This document shows, piece after piece, positions 20,726 to 30,074 of a stretch of 64,000 bases of DNA. Origin of the DNA: Polyangiaceae bacterium (GTDB lineage: Bacteria; Myxococcota_A; Polyangia; Polyangiales; Polyangiaceae); contig JBNKBE010000006.1 of the NCBI GenBank assembly GCA_050287085.1, positions 170,381 through 234,380 on the forward strand, in the 5' to 3' direction. The translations under genes and the position numbers were made by a program. Below the pieces are notes generated by a model. That model did not search any database. It was not told the DNA's origin and saw only the letters and a program-made list of their open reading frames with translations. Within the stretch, counting starts at the first letter, position 1. The number at the start of each line of letters is the position of its first letter.

Positions 20726-21382
20726 GTGACGCGAGCTCGGACTGAAGCACGCTCGCTGGGCGAGCCCGGCAGGGCTGCGGACTCGCCGGAGCGCGATCCG
20801 CTTTATGTCGCATTCCTCGCCGAACTGAAGCAGGAGTTTCCGCTCTTCCGCATCGTGGAAAAGAGCACAAGCCCGCTTTCTCATGCCATCGCTTGGGGCC
20901 TGAGGTTCGTAACCCTGGGGCAGCAGCGCTCCTATCTGAGCGTGTATTACACCGTAATAGGGGATACGCTCTATGTGCCCCCCGGCTGGTCAGTACTACG
21001 CGGCGTCGACCGCGTGATTCTCCTGCGCCATGAGAGGGTCCACCTCAGACAACGGCGACGCTGGACAACGTTGGGCATGGCCTTCATCTATCTGATCCCG
21101 CTCTTGCCCCTTGGGCTCGCATATGGACGGGCACGGCTCGAGTGGGAAGCCTACATGGAGACCCTATTGGCCACCGCGGAACTACACGGGTTGGACGCAG
21201 CGCTGGCCCCCGACCTCAGGCGCCAGATCGTGCGACGCTTCACCGGCCCCGACTACGGCTGGATGTGGCCGTTTCCACGCGTTGTTGAGCGCTGGTACGA
21301 CAGCGCCCTAGTCGAGATTGAGAATCGGCTCGCGCCGGCCTCGTCGGCCGCCCGACGGAGCCAAACCCCGCGTGTTGGCTAG
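20726..21382 (+). CDS. Hypothetical protein with HExxH zinc-binding motif
   Basis: LRHERVHLRQ, a hydrophobic stretch, then LEWEAY. Confidence 0.65.
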   Translation: MTRARTEARSLGEPGRAADSPERDPLYVAFLAELKQEFPLFRIVEKSTSPLSHAIAWGLRFVTLGQQRSYLSVYYTVIGDTLYVPPGWSVLRGVDRVILLRHERVHLRQRRRWTTLGMAFIYLIPLLPLGLAYGRARLEWEAYMETLLATAELHGLDAALAPDLRRQIVRRFTGPDYGWMWPFPRVVERWYDSALVEIENRLAPASSAARRSQTPRVG

Positions 21383-21521
21383 TGTTTGCCGTAGGCTCGA
21401 AGCATACCACTAGGACTACAACCATCGGGGGTCGACACGCCCGGATACGCCCGGGGCCCTCGCCCAAGAGCTCGTCTGGGCGTCGTTCACAAGGACGCGA
21501 GCAGGCGTTGCCTTTGAAGGC

Positions 21522-21938
21522 CTACACGCCATGCAACGCGTGTGATAGGACTGGGACCACGTGGCGACCGGCTTCGGTACTCCGCCACGTGGGTTTGCGT
21601 TTGGGACGGCGCACTCGATCCTTGGGCCGACCAACCGTGTCAGAATTAGGCATTGCGCTGAGAGTCAATTCCAGTTCTTTATCCAACGTCCGAAGATCCA
21701 CTTGGAGTAACGTGCCCCGTCGTTGAACTGAACGCCCCGAATCAGCGGGATCCGCGGCTGGGCCCCGGGGCGCAGCGTTCGTAAACGCGACGTTTGTCGA
21801 CAACCTTCGGCTCGGGGCTACTGGTCTCGAGTGGGGTTTAGACCGCCTCTCCTCCCCGTCCGTAAGTACGCTCACACGATACCGCTCCGATTGTGCTTGT
21901 CCCCGCTGTGCTTGTCCGCCTCTGTGCTTGTCCGCCAC
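21522..21938 (-). CDS. Possible small hypothetical protein
   Basis: Longest ORF filling a 670-bp gap, with a weak GGAG upstream and no recognisable motif. Confidence 0.25.
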   Translation of the reverse strand: MADKHRGGQAQRGQAQSERYRVSVLTDGEERRSKPHSRPVAPSRRLSTNVAFTNAAPRGPAADPADSGRSVQRRGTLLQVDLRTLDKELELTLSAMPNSDTVGRPKDRVRRPKRKPTWRSTEAGRHVVPVLSHALHGV

Positions 21939-22056
21939 AACCGCGGCTCTCCAAACTCAATAGCGGCCCCTCACATCCTCCGCCAGACTCCGCTGGCCCC
22001 CCAAATTACTCCAAAGCCCGCTAGCGACCCCCCGGTCTGTAGACAAAGGCCCAAAC

Positions 22057-23415
22057 GTGAAGATCTCCTGTCCCTCCTGCTCCGCCAAGTACTCGATCGC
22101 CGACGAGAAGGTCCAGAACAAGCTCGCCAAGATCCGTTGTCGCAAGTGCGGAACAACGATCGTAATTGACGGCAAATCGAGCCCGCCCACCGTGCAGACC
22201 GGGGAGAGCGCGACGACGGGTAGCACCCCGCCCGTTGCCGCAGGCTTGTACACCGTCGATCTGTCCGAGAACGATCAGCCGCAGATGACCGTCGCGCAGA
22301 TCGTTGAGGCCTACAACACGGGCTCGCTCACCGCAGAGACCTACGTGTGGGCAGAGGGCATGGCGGACTGGGAAGCCCTCGGACAGGTGCCGGAGATCAA
22401 TGACGCCTTGCACCGCGCTGCCGCGCAGCATGCGGAAGCCACAACCGCCCAGAGCGACGGACCTGCGGCGCCCGCAGTCGCAACGTCTTCCCTGGGGGCG
22501 GCTGCTAGTGATGCCTTCGGCGGCGCCCCTGAAAGGGCCCCCGATGTCACAGCGCCGCTCGAGGCTGCCGCGGACATCTCGGCCCGCGCCGCCACCAAAG
22601 CCGCTGCAAGCCGCGGTGCTTCCTATGACCTCTTTGGTGGCATTGACGCCGCCGGCGGCGAAGACGATGTAACCACCAGTGCTGCGCAAGCCCCTGCCGT
22701 AGGAGCGGCGGGTACCGGAGCTCGCAACGAGTCTTCCGTCCTGTTCTCCTTGAGCGCACTGACAGCCAGCGATCCCTCACCGGCCGCGTCGACCGCGCAA
22801 TCAAGCAACCAGGAGGACTCGGGTCTGATCGACTTGGCAGCGTTGACCAGTGGTGCCAGCGGCGGCGGCGCAGGGCAAGCCGCAGCTGCGTTGGACCTAG
22901 GAGCCGCTCCGCTTGGCGTCGCCCCCTTGGGCGTGCCTGCCCAAGCCGCACCGCAAGAGAAGTCCGGCAAAGGAGTCATGATTCTGGGAGCCAGCGTGGT
23001 TGGAGCCGCAGTTGCCAGCGTGGCGATGTTCTTCGCCATGTCCGAAGAACCCCCCCCGCCAATCCCGAGTGCGGCCCTGACCGCACCTTCCATCGCTCAA
23101 TCCGCGGCCGCCGCAACCGGAGCAACGGCGCCTGAAGCGAGCGCTGCCGCAAGCGCGTCAGCAAGCGACGTCGCGGCGGCAGGCGCAACCGGCAGCGCTT
23201 CGGCCGAAGCCAGCGCTTCCGCAGCTGAAGCCGAAAAGGCGGCGCCGCCGAAGAAGTACACGCCGCCGCCGAAGAAGTACACACCTCCGAAGTCCGCAGC
23301 ACCGGCAGAGCAGTCCTCGACCACGAAGAAAAAGAAGAAGAAGGTCAAGAAGAAGTCGTCTTGCAACTGCAAGCCCAGTGATCTGATGTGCGCCATGCGC
23401 TGCTCGGCCAAATGA
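22057..23415 (+). CDS. Zinc-ribbon (MJ0042-like) + GYF_2 membrane protein (AgmX/GltJ-like architecture)
   Basis: CPSC.AKY...IRCRKC, GYF_2 motif TYVWAEGMADW, RNESSVLFSL and SGLIDL motifs, one TM, and C-terminal CNC...CAMRC. Confidence 0.85.
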   Translation: MKISCPSCSAKYSIADEKVQNKLAKIRCRKCGTTIVIDGKSSPPTVQTGESATTGSTPPVAAGLYTVDLSENDQPQMTVAQIVEAYNTGSLTAETYVWAEGMADWEALGQVPEINDALHRAAAQHAEATTAQSDGPAAPAVATSSLGAAASDAFGGAPERAPDVTAPLEAAADISARAATKAAASRGASYDLFGGIDAAGGEDDVTTSAAQAPAVGAAGTGARNESSVLFSLSALTASDPSPAASTAQSSNQEDSGLIDLAALTSGASGGGAGQAAAALDLGAAPLGVAPLGVPAQAAPQEKSGKGVMILGASVVGAAVASVAMFFAMSEEPPPPIPSAALTAPSIAQSAAAATGATAPEASAAASASASDVAAAGATGSASAEASASAAEAEKAAPPKKYTPPPKKYTPPKSAAPAEQSSTTKKKKKKVKKKSSCNCKPSDLMCAMRCSAK

Positions 23416-23506
23416 ACTCGATGGGCGCGGGGTCATCCGGTGACTCACCCGCCCTAGGCGCCCGAGCACCCAGCGATTCACCCGCCCCGGTCGACCCCAA
23501 GGGGCG

Positions 23507-25984
23507 CTACAAGGCGGCGGGGGCCGGCTCGAGCAAGACGACACCAGGCGGCGCGTCCGGCTCGTAGACGTGGGCATTTCGGTCAAGGATCGCAATGCGG
23601 CGCAGGCCAGAGCCCATGAGCAAGACAAGAGACCGTCCAGGATGCGCGTGGGGTCCCGTAGCCTGAAGCCGCAAAGGGCCACCGGGGTGAAATGCTGCGG
23701 CCAGCCATTGTGGTTCAGGCCCCTGATGACACACGAGGGACACGCGCGGGGAGCGCTCCGCAAATCGGCACGCGGCGAGCCAACGCTCTCCTTCCGCACT
23801 GGTCGGCTGCGCCAGCAGCAGGCGCGCTGCCTGCTCCCTCACCGCAGCTGAGGGGTCTTGTAGATACGGCGCGAGCGGAGCAGAGCAAGAAGCCCCGAGC
23901 AACCTCACACCTGCCAATGCATTGGCGCGCACCAACGGTGTCAGATGGCTCAATCCGGAACAGATTTCGCCGCTGTCCACCCCCCCGGTACGAAGCGCCA
24001 GACGCACCAGACCTGCCATCGCGTTCGTGGCGACTGCCGGCGACTGGCTCTGAGCAGCGCGCGCGAGCTGCCGCGCGTCCCCAACAACTCCCACTGAACC
24101 GAGGCTCCACGCAGCAGCTGCCGCAACCCGCGCGTCGCGGTGGCCCATCAAGGCGCGCAGCGTGGCGGCCGAGTCCGGGCGAGAGCCCAAGCGCTCCGCC
24201 ACCGTCAGCAGGGACGCTGGCGCCAAGGTGTCGCTCAAGACGCTCCAACGAGGCGCGGGAAGCGCCAGCAACACTTCGAGCCATTGTTGCTGACTCTGCC
24301 CTCGCGTCTCGCTCGCCCGCGCCGTGATGCGCTGAATGAGTGCCGGATCGTCCAGGCCGCGAGCGGCTCCGGCGAGCGCAACAAGTGCATGCTCTCGCTG
24401 CACCAGGCCCCGATCCAAGCTTTCAAAGATCGGGGCGGCCGCGCCGGAGGTAGCGCCCTCGCGCAGCGCCCAGGCCGCAGTGCTCGCGACCACACCATCT
24501 GGGCGAGCGAGCATCGTCAGCAAGGCATGCTCCGCCTCGTGTATCAGCTCCCGCGGCACTCCTCCCGCGGACGCCCCAAGACCTCCCAGGGCGGAGCCCA
24601 GGGCTCCCGCAATGGCCGACGCCGACTCAGGATTGTCAGCGGGTAGCAGCGCCAGCAGAGCCGGCAGAGCCCGAGGTGAACGAGTGAGGCCGAGGGCCTT
24701 GACCAGCTCTCGTCGTGCCGTCGCATTCGGCTCAATCGCGAGCGCATCCGCGAGCGGCTCGACTGCGCGACCGTCACCCCGGCTCTGCGAGAGAATAGCC
24801 ACCGTTGCAGCTCGTGCGCGCCGACGAAGCGCGGGCGCGCGATCACCAAGCCCTTCCAATGCTAACGACAGCCCCTTCGGATCACACGCTAGGCCCGCTA
24901 CCTCGACGGCATCCGCAAGCGAGAGACGGCTGCGTCTACGCCAATCGACAGCGAGCTCCGTCGCTCCAGGCGTTCGAGTGCGAGCGAGCACCCGGAGCAC
25001 GGCGCTTCCCACCTCCGGCGCAAGTGAATCATCCAGCGAGCCAAGCACCCGCACGCGCTGTGGCTCCGGCGCCCTGGCGACCGCATCGAGCACGGTGGGC
25101 CAATGAGCTACGCGGGTCGAATCAGCCAACAACGAGACCAATACGCGAGCCCCGTCTCCCGGCAAAAGCAACAAGGACAGCGCGCATTGCCGCCGCACGT
25201 CGGCATCTTCGTCCGACAAGCACCGTGTTACCCCCGAGGTGGCAGACGGCGCCCCCAATCGCCCAAGCCCCAAGGCCGCGAGGCGACGGACTTCAGCGTC
25301 CTGATCTGTCAGCGCGCCGATCAGCGCAGGCTCTGCACTGGGGGATTGGATGGCCACCAAGGCGCGGGCGGCGCCAATCCGGATCGCATGCTGTGGAGCA
25401 GAGAGCCTGGCCGCCAGCGGAACGACAGCGCGCGGATCGCGCAGCTCCTGGAGCGCCTCGAGTATCGCTATCTGCACCGTTTCGTCGGGATCGGAAATGC
25501 GGCCGAGTAGGACCATCACGGCCTCCGCCACCGCGGCACGCCCGAACGCCCGAGCCGCAGTGGCGCGCACCTCGGGCTCGGGATCGGCCAGGGCGCGTGT
25601 GAGCTCCCGAGTCGTCCTCGCCCCAAGCCGGGTCGCGGCAATGAATCGGACCGCCGCGAGGCGCAGCGGAAGTGGCTCGGCGCTCAGCCAAGGCAGGATG
25701 AGAGCGAGATGGCGTTCGGGAAGCGAATGCGCCGCGATCGCCGCTGCCGCCACACGCACGGCCACGTCAGGGCTAGCCAGCGCCTGAGGCAATAGCTGGA
25801 CGCGATATGGCAGCGCCAGTGGCGCCAGCTCGCGGACTGCGTCCACCCGACGTGACGACTCTTCACTGTGCAGCTCCCGTGCGACCCGGCTAGCTGCGCT
25901 CGGCCATACCGACGCGTGAGCGATAGACCCGTTGGCCCCCACCAGCAGTCCCAGAGCGACCCACGCCGGACGGCGCCAGGACAC
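23507..25984 (-). CDS. HEAT-repeat protein with N-terminal signal
   Basis: Repeated L.D....VR..AA.ALG units. GTG start overlaps the upstream stop (TAGTG). Confidence 0.85.
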   Translation of the reverse strand: MSWRRPAWVALGLLVGANGSIAHASVWPSAASRVARELHSEESSRRVDAVRELAPLALPYRVQLLPQALASPDVAVRVAAAAIAAHSLPERHLALILPWLSAEPLPLRLAAVRFIAATRLGARTTRELTRALADPEPEVRATAARAFGRAAVAEAVMVLLGRISDPDETVQIAILEALQELRDPRAVVPLAARLSAPQHAIRIGAARALVAIQSPSAEPALIGALTDQDAEVRRLAALGLGRLGAPSATSGVTRCLSDEDADVRRQCALSLLLLPGDGARVLVSLLADSTRVAHWPTVLDAVARAPEPQRVRVLGSLDDSLAPEVGSAVLRVLARTRTPGATELAVDWRRRSRLSLADAVEVAGLACDPKGLSLALEGLGDRAPALRRRARAATVAILSQSRGDGRAVEPLADALAIEPNATARRELVKALGLTRSPRALPALLALLPADNPESASAIAGALGSALGGLGASAGGVPRELIHEAEHALLTMLARPDGVVASTAAWALREGATSGAAAPIFESLDRGLVQREHALVALAGAARGLDDPALIQRITARASETRGQSQQQWLEVLLALPAPRWSVLSDTLAPASLLTVAERLGSRPDSAATLRALMGHRDARVAAAAAWSLGSVGVVGDARQLARAAQSQSPAVATNAMAGLVRLALRTGGVDSGEICSGLSHLTPLVRANALAGVRLLGASCSAPLAPYLQDPSAAVREQAARLLLAQPTSAEGERWLAACRFAERSPRVSLVCHQGPEPQWLAAAFHPGGPLRLQATGPHAHPGRSLVLLMGSGLRRIAILDRNAHVYEPDAPPGVVLLEPAPAAL

Positions 25985-28206
25985 TAGCTGAGGCCCCCCT
26001 GCCTGCGCACGAGCCAATGGGCTCCCAATGCAACGCTCGCCAATAGGGTCCAGACCCACACCGGTAGCCACGGCGCAGTCTTGCGCGACGCATTGACTCG
26101 CGTTGGCGGAAGCATCGGAAGCTCCGCCTCGTCGCCGCTCCGGACATAGGCGCCACCGCTTCGCTCAGTGATGGCGCGCAACAAGTCGGGATTGGGACGC
26201 GTGTCGGCCCAGGCGCGTCCCGCCGCTTCGCACCCAAAGTCATGCCGCGTTGCAGGCGCAGGCCCAACGACCACGCGCGCAGAGTAGCCGCCAGCCGGCA
26301 GGGCGGGCAAGACCACCTCGGCTAGCGACTGCCCCGTACCTGGCACCGTCTGGCTCATCACGGTCCGCGGCTGGCGCGTCAAGGACTCCACCGTCAACGT
26401 CACGTCTCCAGCCATACCCGGCAAACGGTGCACTCGAAGGGTCGCGGGTACTCCCGCAATGCACTCGGCCACCAGCTCAACGCGGGCCGCCTCGTAGCGG
26501 GGGTCGTGCATCAGCCACCCCAACAGACCGTCCCACAACGCTCCGTAACCGCGACCGGAAGCCCGCGCCGCAAGCTCACCGAACGCCAAGGTGTGGGTTC
26601 CGTCGACGCCCAGGGCAATGGCCCGACCGTCACCTGCTTCACCGAGGGCCAGAAGCGGCATCCCCCGCTCTCCGGCGGTCAAGCGCGGATGTTCCCACAA
26701 TACGATAGCGCCGGGGCGGGCTTCACCCAAGATGTTGGCGCCCACCATTTCAGGCAGTTCTCCCTGCAACAGCGAACGCAACTTTCGGGTTACCGGCGCA
26801 GCCCGACCGGCGGCGGTGTAGCTGGGCACGAAGGTTCCGGGATCTGCCGTTTCTCCCCCACGCGGTTGTTCAACCGGAAGAATCGAATCGAGCGGCGTCC
26901 CGGCATACTTGCCCCCGCCAAAGGACGATGGCCCTCCCACCATTATCAGGCCTCCGCCTTCTTTCACGTAGCGCTCCAGGCGAACCAAGTAGCGGCTGAG
27001 CCGATACTTGATGGCGTCGATGTCCTGGAGAATGACCGCGTCAAAACTCGGAAGATGCTCTGTAAACAGTTCATCGACGGGAAAGCGGATGAGCGAGAGA
27101 TCTCGTTCTCCAGCCACTGGGTCATCCGTCTCACCGCGCAGAATGAAGAAGGCAACGACATCAACCGAGTCATCGCTCTTCAACCAGGTTCTGAGCGCGC
27201 GCACGTCGTAGGTGGGTCGCCCTGCTAGGTGCAGCAGACGAACACGCTCTTTGGCGACGCTGAATGTCAGCAGCCGAGTGTCGTTCTCTGGCACGGCGTC
27301 GCCGGAGGGCGTGTCAATGGCTACCTGTACCACCCGCGCCCCAGAACGGTCGAGAGTAAGCTCGAATTCCGCCGCGCCGACCCCCTCTTCTACGCGCACA
27401 GCGCCGGCAGATAGCTCCACGGGAGCTTCCCCGCTCAAGAGCTCCGTGACTCGCACCGGTATTTCACCACAGGTAAGCCCCCCGCTGCACCCCACCTCAA
27501 CCGTAAGAGTGAGCGCCTGGTGAGCGACGGCGGCTCCCGCCGCGCGGACCGCCCTTATGCTCGCGTCTGGAGGCCCGCGCTCGGCCACGGATACCGCGTG
27601 CAAGGCCACGGACTCAGCGTTCAATTCATTCAAGGTGTCCGAAAGTGCTTCGACATCCGTCGGGCGAGACACTCGCCCATCCGACACCACGACAATAGCG
27701 GCTGGCTTCTCCCGCTCACTCCGCAGAAGCTCGTCCAGAGCCGCCTTGAGGTCGCTATCAACCGCCGAAGGGGCCGCCTTGGGGTCGTAGGTATCCAGGG
27801 CCTCGGCGAAGCGAAGAACACTCACTCGAGCTTTCTTGAAGTGACGACCCAACGCAGTGACGACCTGGCTTGCAACCTCGGCCCGCGACGTCTGCCCGTC
27901 AGCCGGCAATAGCAGTCGACGCGATCCATCGACCAGCACCACCACCTTGGCCCCCATCTCCAAACTGCGTTCCAGCGCCGTCACCGGGCGCAAGACCGCG
28001 AGCAGCAACAAGAGCGACGAAAGTATTCCGGTGGCCAACACCCATACCCGTTGCTGATCCGCCCGCCGAAACTCGCGCAATAACAGCCCAACGGAAAGCG
28101 CCGCCAGAGTGCACGCAAGCGCCACGCCCGGCGTCGAAATGTCATCGCTGATGTTCCAGGTCGACGTCACGAATCGCTCCCCCGGCGCCAGCCGCAAGAC
28201 CGCCAA
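25984..28206 (-). CDS. Membrane protein with vWA, Ig-like and class-I GATase-like domains
   Basis: N-terminal TMs, VVLVDGS and IVVVSDG (vWA-like), ENDTR, YVKEGGGLIMVGG..SF..G.Y..TPL..ILPV, and a C-terminal TM ending W..RR..G. Confidence 0.8.
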   Translation of the reverse strand: MAVLRLAPGERFVTSTWNISDDISTPGVALACTLAALSVGLLLREFRRADQQRVWVLATGILSSLLLLLAVLRPVTALERSLEMGAKVVVLVDGSRRLLLPADGQTSRAEVASQVVTALGRHFKKARVSVLRFAEALDTYDPKAAPSAVDSDLKAALDELLRSEREKPAAIVVVSDGRVSRPTDVEALSDTLNELNAESVALHAVSVAERGPPDASIRAVRAAGAAVAHQALTLTVEVGCSGGLTCGEIPVRVTELLSGEAPVELSAGAVRVEEGVGAAEFELTLDRSGARVVQVAIDTPSGDAVPENDTRLLTFSVAKERVRLLHLAGRPTYDVRALRTWLKSDDSVDVVAFFILRGETDDPVAGERDLSLIRFPVDELFTEHLPSFDAVILQDIDAIKYRLSRYLVRLERYVKEGGGLIMVGGPSSFGGGKYAGTPLDSILPVEQPRGGETADPGTFVPSYTAAGRAAPVTRKLRSLLQGELPEMVGANILGEARPGAIVLWEHPRLTAGERGMPLLALGEAGDGRAIALGVDGTHTLAFGELAARASGRGYGALWDGLLGWLMHDPRYEAARVELVAECIAGVPATLRVHRLPGMAGDVTLTVESLTRQPRTVMSQTVPGTGQSLAEVVLPALPAGGYSARVVVGPAPATRHDFGCEAAGRAWADTRPNPDLLRAITERSGGAYVRSGDEAELPMLPPTRVNASRKTAPWLPVWVWTLLASVALGAHWLVRRQGGLS

Positions 28207-28294
28207 AGCCAGATGCCTCGATCCAGGGGCGAGGGGCGGCGAAGAGGAGTTGGGGGGTACATCGGCAGGCGCATGCTAGCAGACTCCGGCTGCA

Positions 28295-29053
28295 TCACGG
28301 ATGTCCTGTGCTGCGTCCTCGCCGGCGCATCAGCTCCTGCGCATGGACCTGGTCGTCCTTGTAGTCAGAACACAGAACATACATAGCGACGTTCACGCAC
28401 AGTCGAACCGCCCATTGCCGCGCTTCGCTTCCGCCCGCCATCGGCAACGCCCAGGTGTCGCCCGTGCGTGCCAACGCTCCAAGCAGGTCGTGATTCGAAA
28501 ACAGCACCTGGACCTGCCGCCCTCGGAACATGCCCCCAAGCTCAACCGGCGCCACACTCACGCGAGAAGGCGGATGCTCCACCAAGTAGTAGGACTTGAA
28601 CAACACGTGAGAGCGGGGCAGTTCAACGACAGGAGAACTGGGCAATACGCGTTTTAGCTCATCGCGTGCGGAAGCAAGAAACTCCCCGCGCTCCGGCTCC
28701 GACTCGTCTACCAGTAGCACGCCCCCCAACTGAAAGAAGGTGGTCAACTGACGCCGCTCCGGGCTGCTGAGGGGGCCCACTGCTTTGGCGCCAGCCCACA
28801 CGCAAAACGGCTCGTGCAACAGACTCGGTGCGTCTGCTTGGACCTGGGAAGGGTGAAGTCTCGCAGGCGAGCTCGTGCGACGTACCAGCTCCCACCCCCA
28901 ATGAGCCAAGGCCGTCTCGCGGACGCCCAAGCCATCGCTCTGACCGCTGGTCCTCAGCGCACGTGCGTGAAAGGCGCCGTCCTGTCCAAAAGCCATCGCC
29001 GCGCGCGGCGCACAGGCCGCCAGCGCCCCCGCTAGTAGCTGCCGCTTCTTCAT
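28295..29053 (-). CDS. DUF4159-like protein
   Basis: L..FF..GG.L.VD, LP.SHVLFKSYY, and N...Y.L..DYK.DQVH. ATGA overlap with the upstream gene. Confidence 0.8.
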   Translation of the reverse strand: MKKRQLLAGALAACAPRAAMAFGQDGAFHARALRTSGQSDGLGVRETALAHWGWELVRRTSSPARLHPSQVQADAPSLLHEPFCVWAGAKAVGPLSSPERRQLTTFFQLGGVLLVDESEPERGEFLASARDELKRVLPSSPVVELPRSHVLFKSYYLVEHPPSRVSVAPVELGGMFRGRQVQVLFSNHDLLGALARTGDTWALPMAGGSEARQWAVRLCVNVAMYVLCSDYKDDQVHAQELMRRRGRSTGHP

Positions 29054-29742
29054 TCGAAGTCGTAGACCTTCCATGCACCTTCCTCAAAAACCAACTCGAC
29101 GCGATGGCCGCTGGCCGTCCACACCGTGGCTCGCTCACCCTGCAACTCGACGCGGAGCGTCCGGGGCTCCTGCAGATCGGATGCGAGCCCCGACAACTGC
29201 GACTGAAGACTGGTCGCGCTTTCTCGACTGAGTACAGCGAGCAAACCGGCAAAATCGCGAGCCGAAAGAGCCGTCCCAAGTGCACTTGCGGCAGCTACCG
29301 GCGACTGGTAAGCAAGCGGTAGCCCGAGACCGGCACTCGCCATGCGGTATTCACCGCCGTGCCGCGTCAACTCCACGATACGACCGGACGCCAAGCGCAG
29401 CGCTGCGCTTTCATCGCTCGTGCCGCTGCTGACTATGAGCGCCAAGCGCTCCGAGATGGCCGCTTTCGACTCCTTAAGAAGGCGTGACACCTCACGCGGC
29501 GGCGTGGTCCGTCGCGCGGCCAAGGTGAGAGCCGCGTGAACCCTAGCCACCTCCGAACGAACCACAGCAACACGGAGCTCCTCGACCGCGTCCCGAGGAG
29601 GTGGTGGCGGCGTGGCACAAGCGCATAGGAGCGCCCCGACGACCGCGACGCGACGCCGATTGCCCCCCTCTCGTCTGGCACACGAGCCCCTCTGAAAGGC
29701 ACCTCGCCTCCGCTGTTGTCCAAGACGCGAGCCCTTCGCCAC
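29050..29742 (-). CDS. Hypothetical lipoprotein
   Basis: LLCAC lipobox and C-terminal LVFEEGAWKV (NTF2-like ending). First gene of a four-gene minus-strand run. Start uncertain. Confidence 0.65.
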   Translation of the reverse strand: MAKGSRLGQQRRRGAFQRGSCARREGGNRRRVAVVGALLCACATPPPPPRDAVEELRVAVVRSEVARVHAALTLAARRTTPPREVSRLLKESKAAISERLALIVSSGTSDESAALRLASGRIVELTRHGGEYRMASAGLGLPLAYQSPVAAASALGTALSARDFAGLLAVLSRESATSLQSQLSGLASDLQEPRTLRVELQGERATVWTASGHRVELVFEEGAWKVYDFE

Positions 29743-29864
29743 TTTGTAGAGCTAGCGAAAGGCCGCTGACTTGGCTAGACTTGCACTCTCAAGAGCGATG
29801 CTCACCCGTTGCTACCGGGCCTGTGGGCCTGCCTTCGGATGAGGGTGCTCATCCCACAAGCCCT

Positions 29865-30041
29865 ATGCCATCCCCCCGCTCACTACTCTTCGCCGGCGCC
29901 GTATTGGGCCCCCTCGGTGTCGTATTGTGCCTGATTGCCCCCGAAACACTCGGGGCCAGCGTGTTGCTTGTCGGATTGGTGTGTGGCGTGCTGGGGCTAC
30001 ATCGCTTCGGGCGACGGGGTCCCGACACGACAGCCCAGTAG
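29865..30041 (+). CDS. Small two-TM membrane protein
   Basis: MPSPRSLLFAGAVLGPLGVVLCLIAPETLGASVLLVGLVCGVLGLHRFGRRGPD (3' part of ORF 29601..30041). Confidence 0.55.
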   Translation: MPSPRSLLFAGAVLGPLGVVLCLIAPETLGASVLLVGLVCGVLGLHRFGRRGPDTTAQ

Positions 30042-30074
30042 GGCCTCGCCGCTAGGAGCCGGACGCCACGCCCG

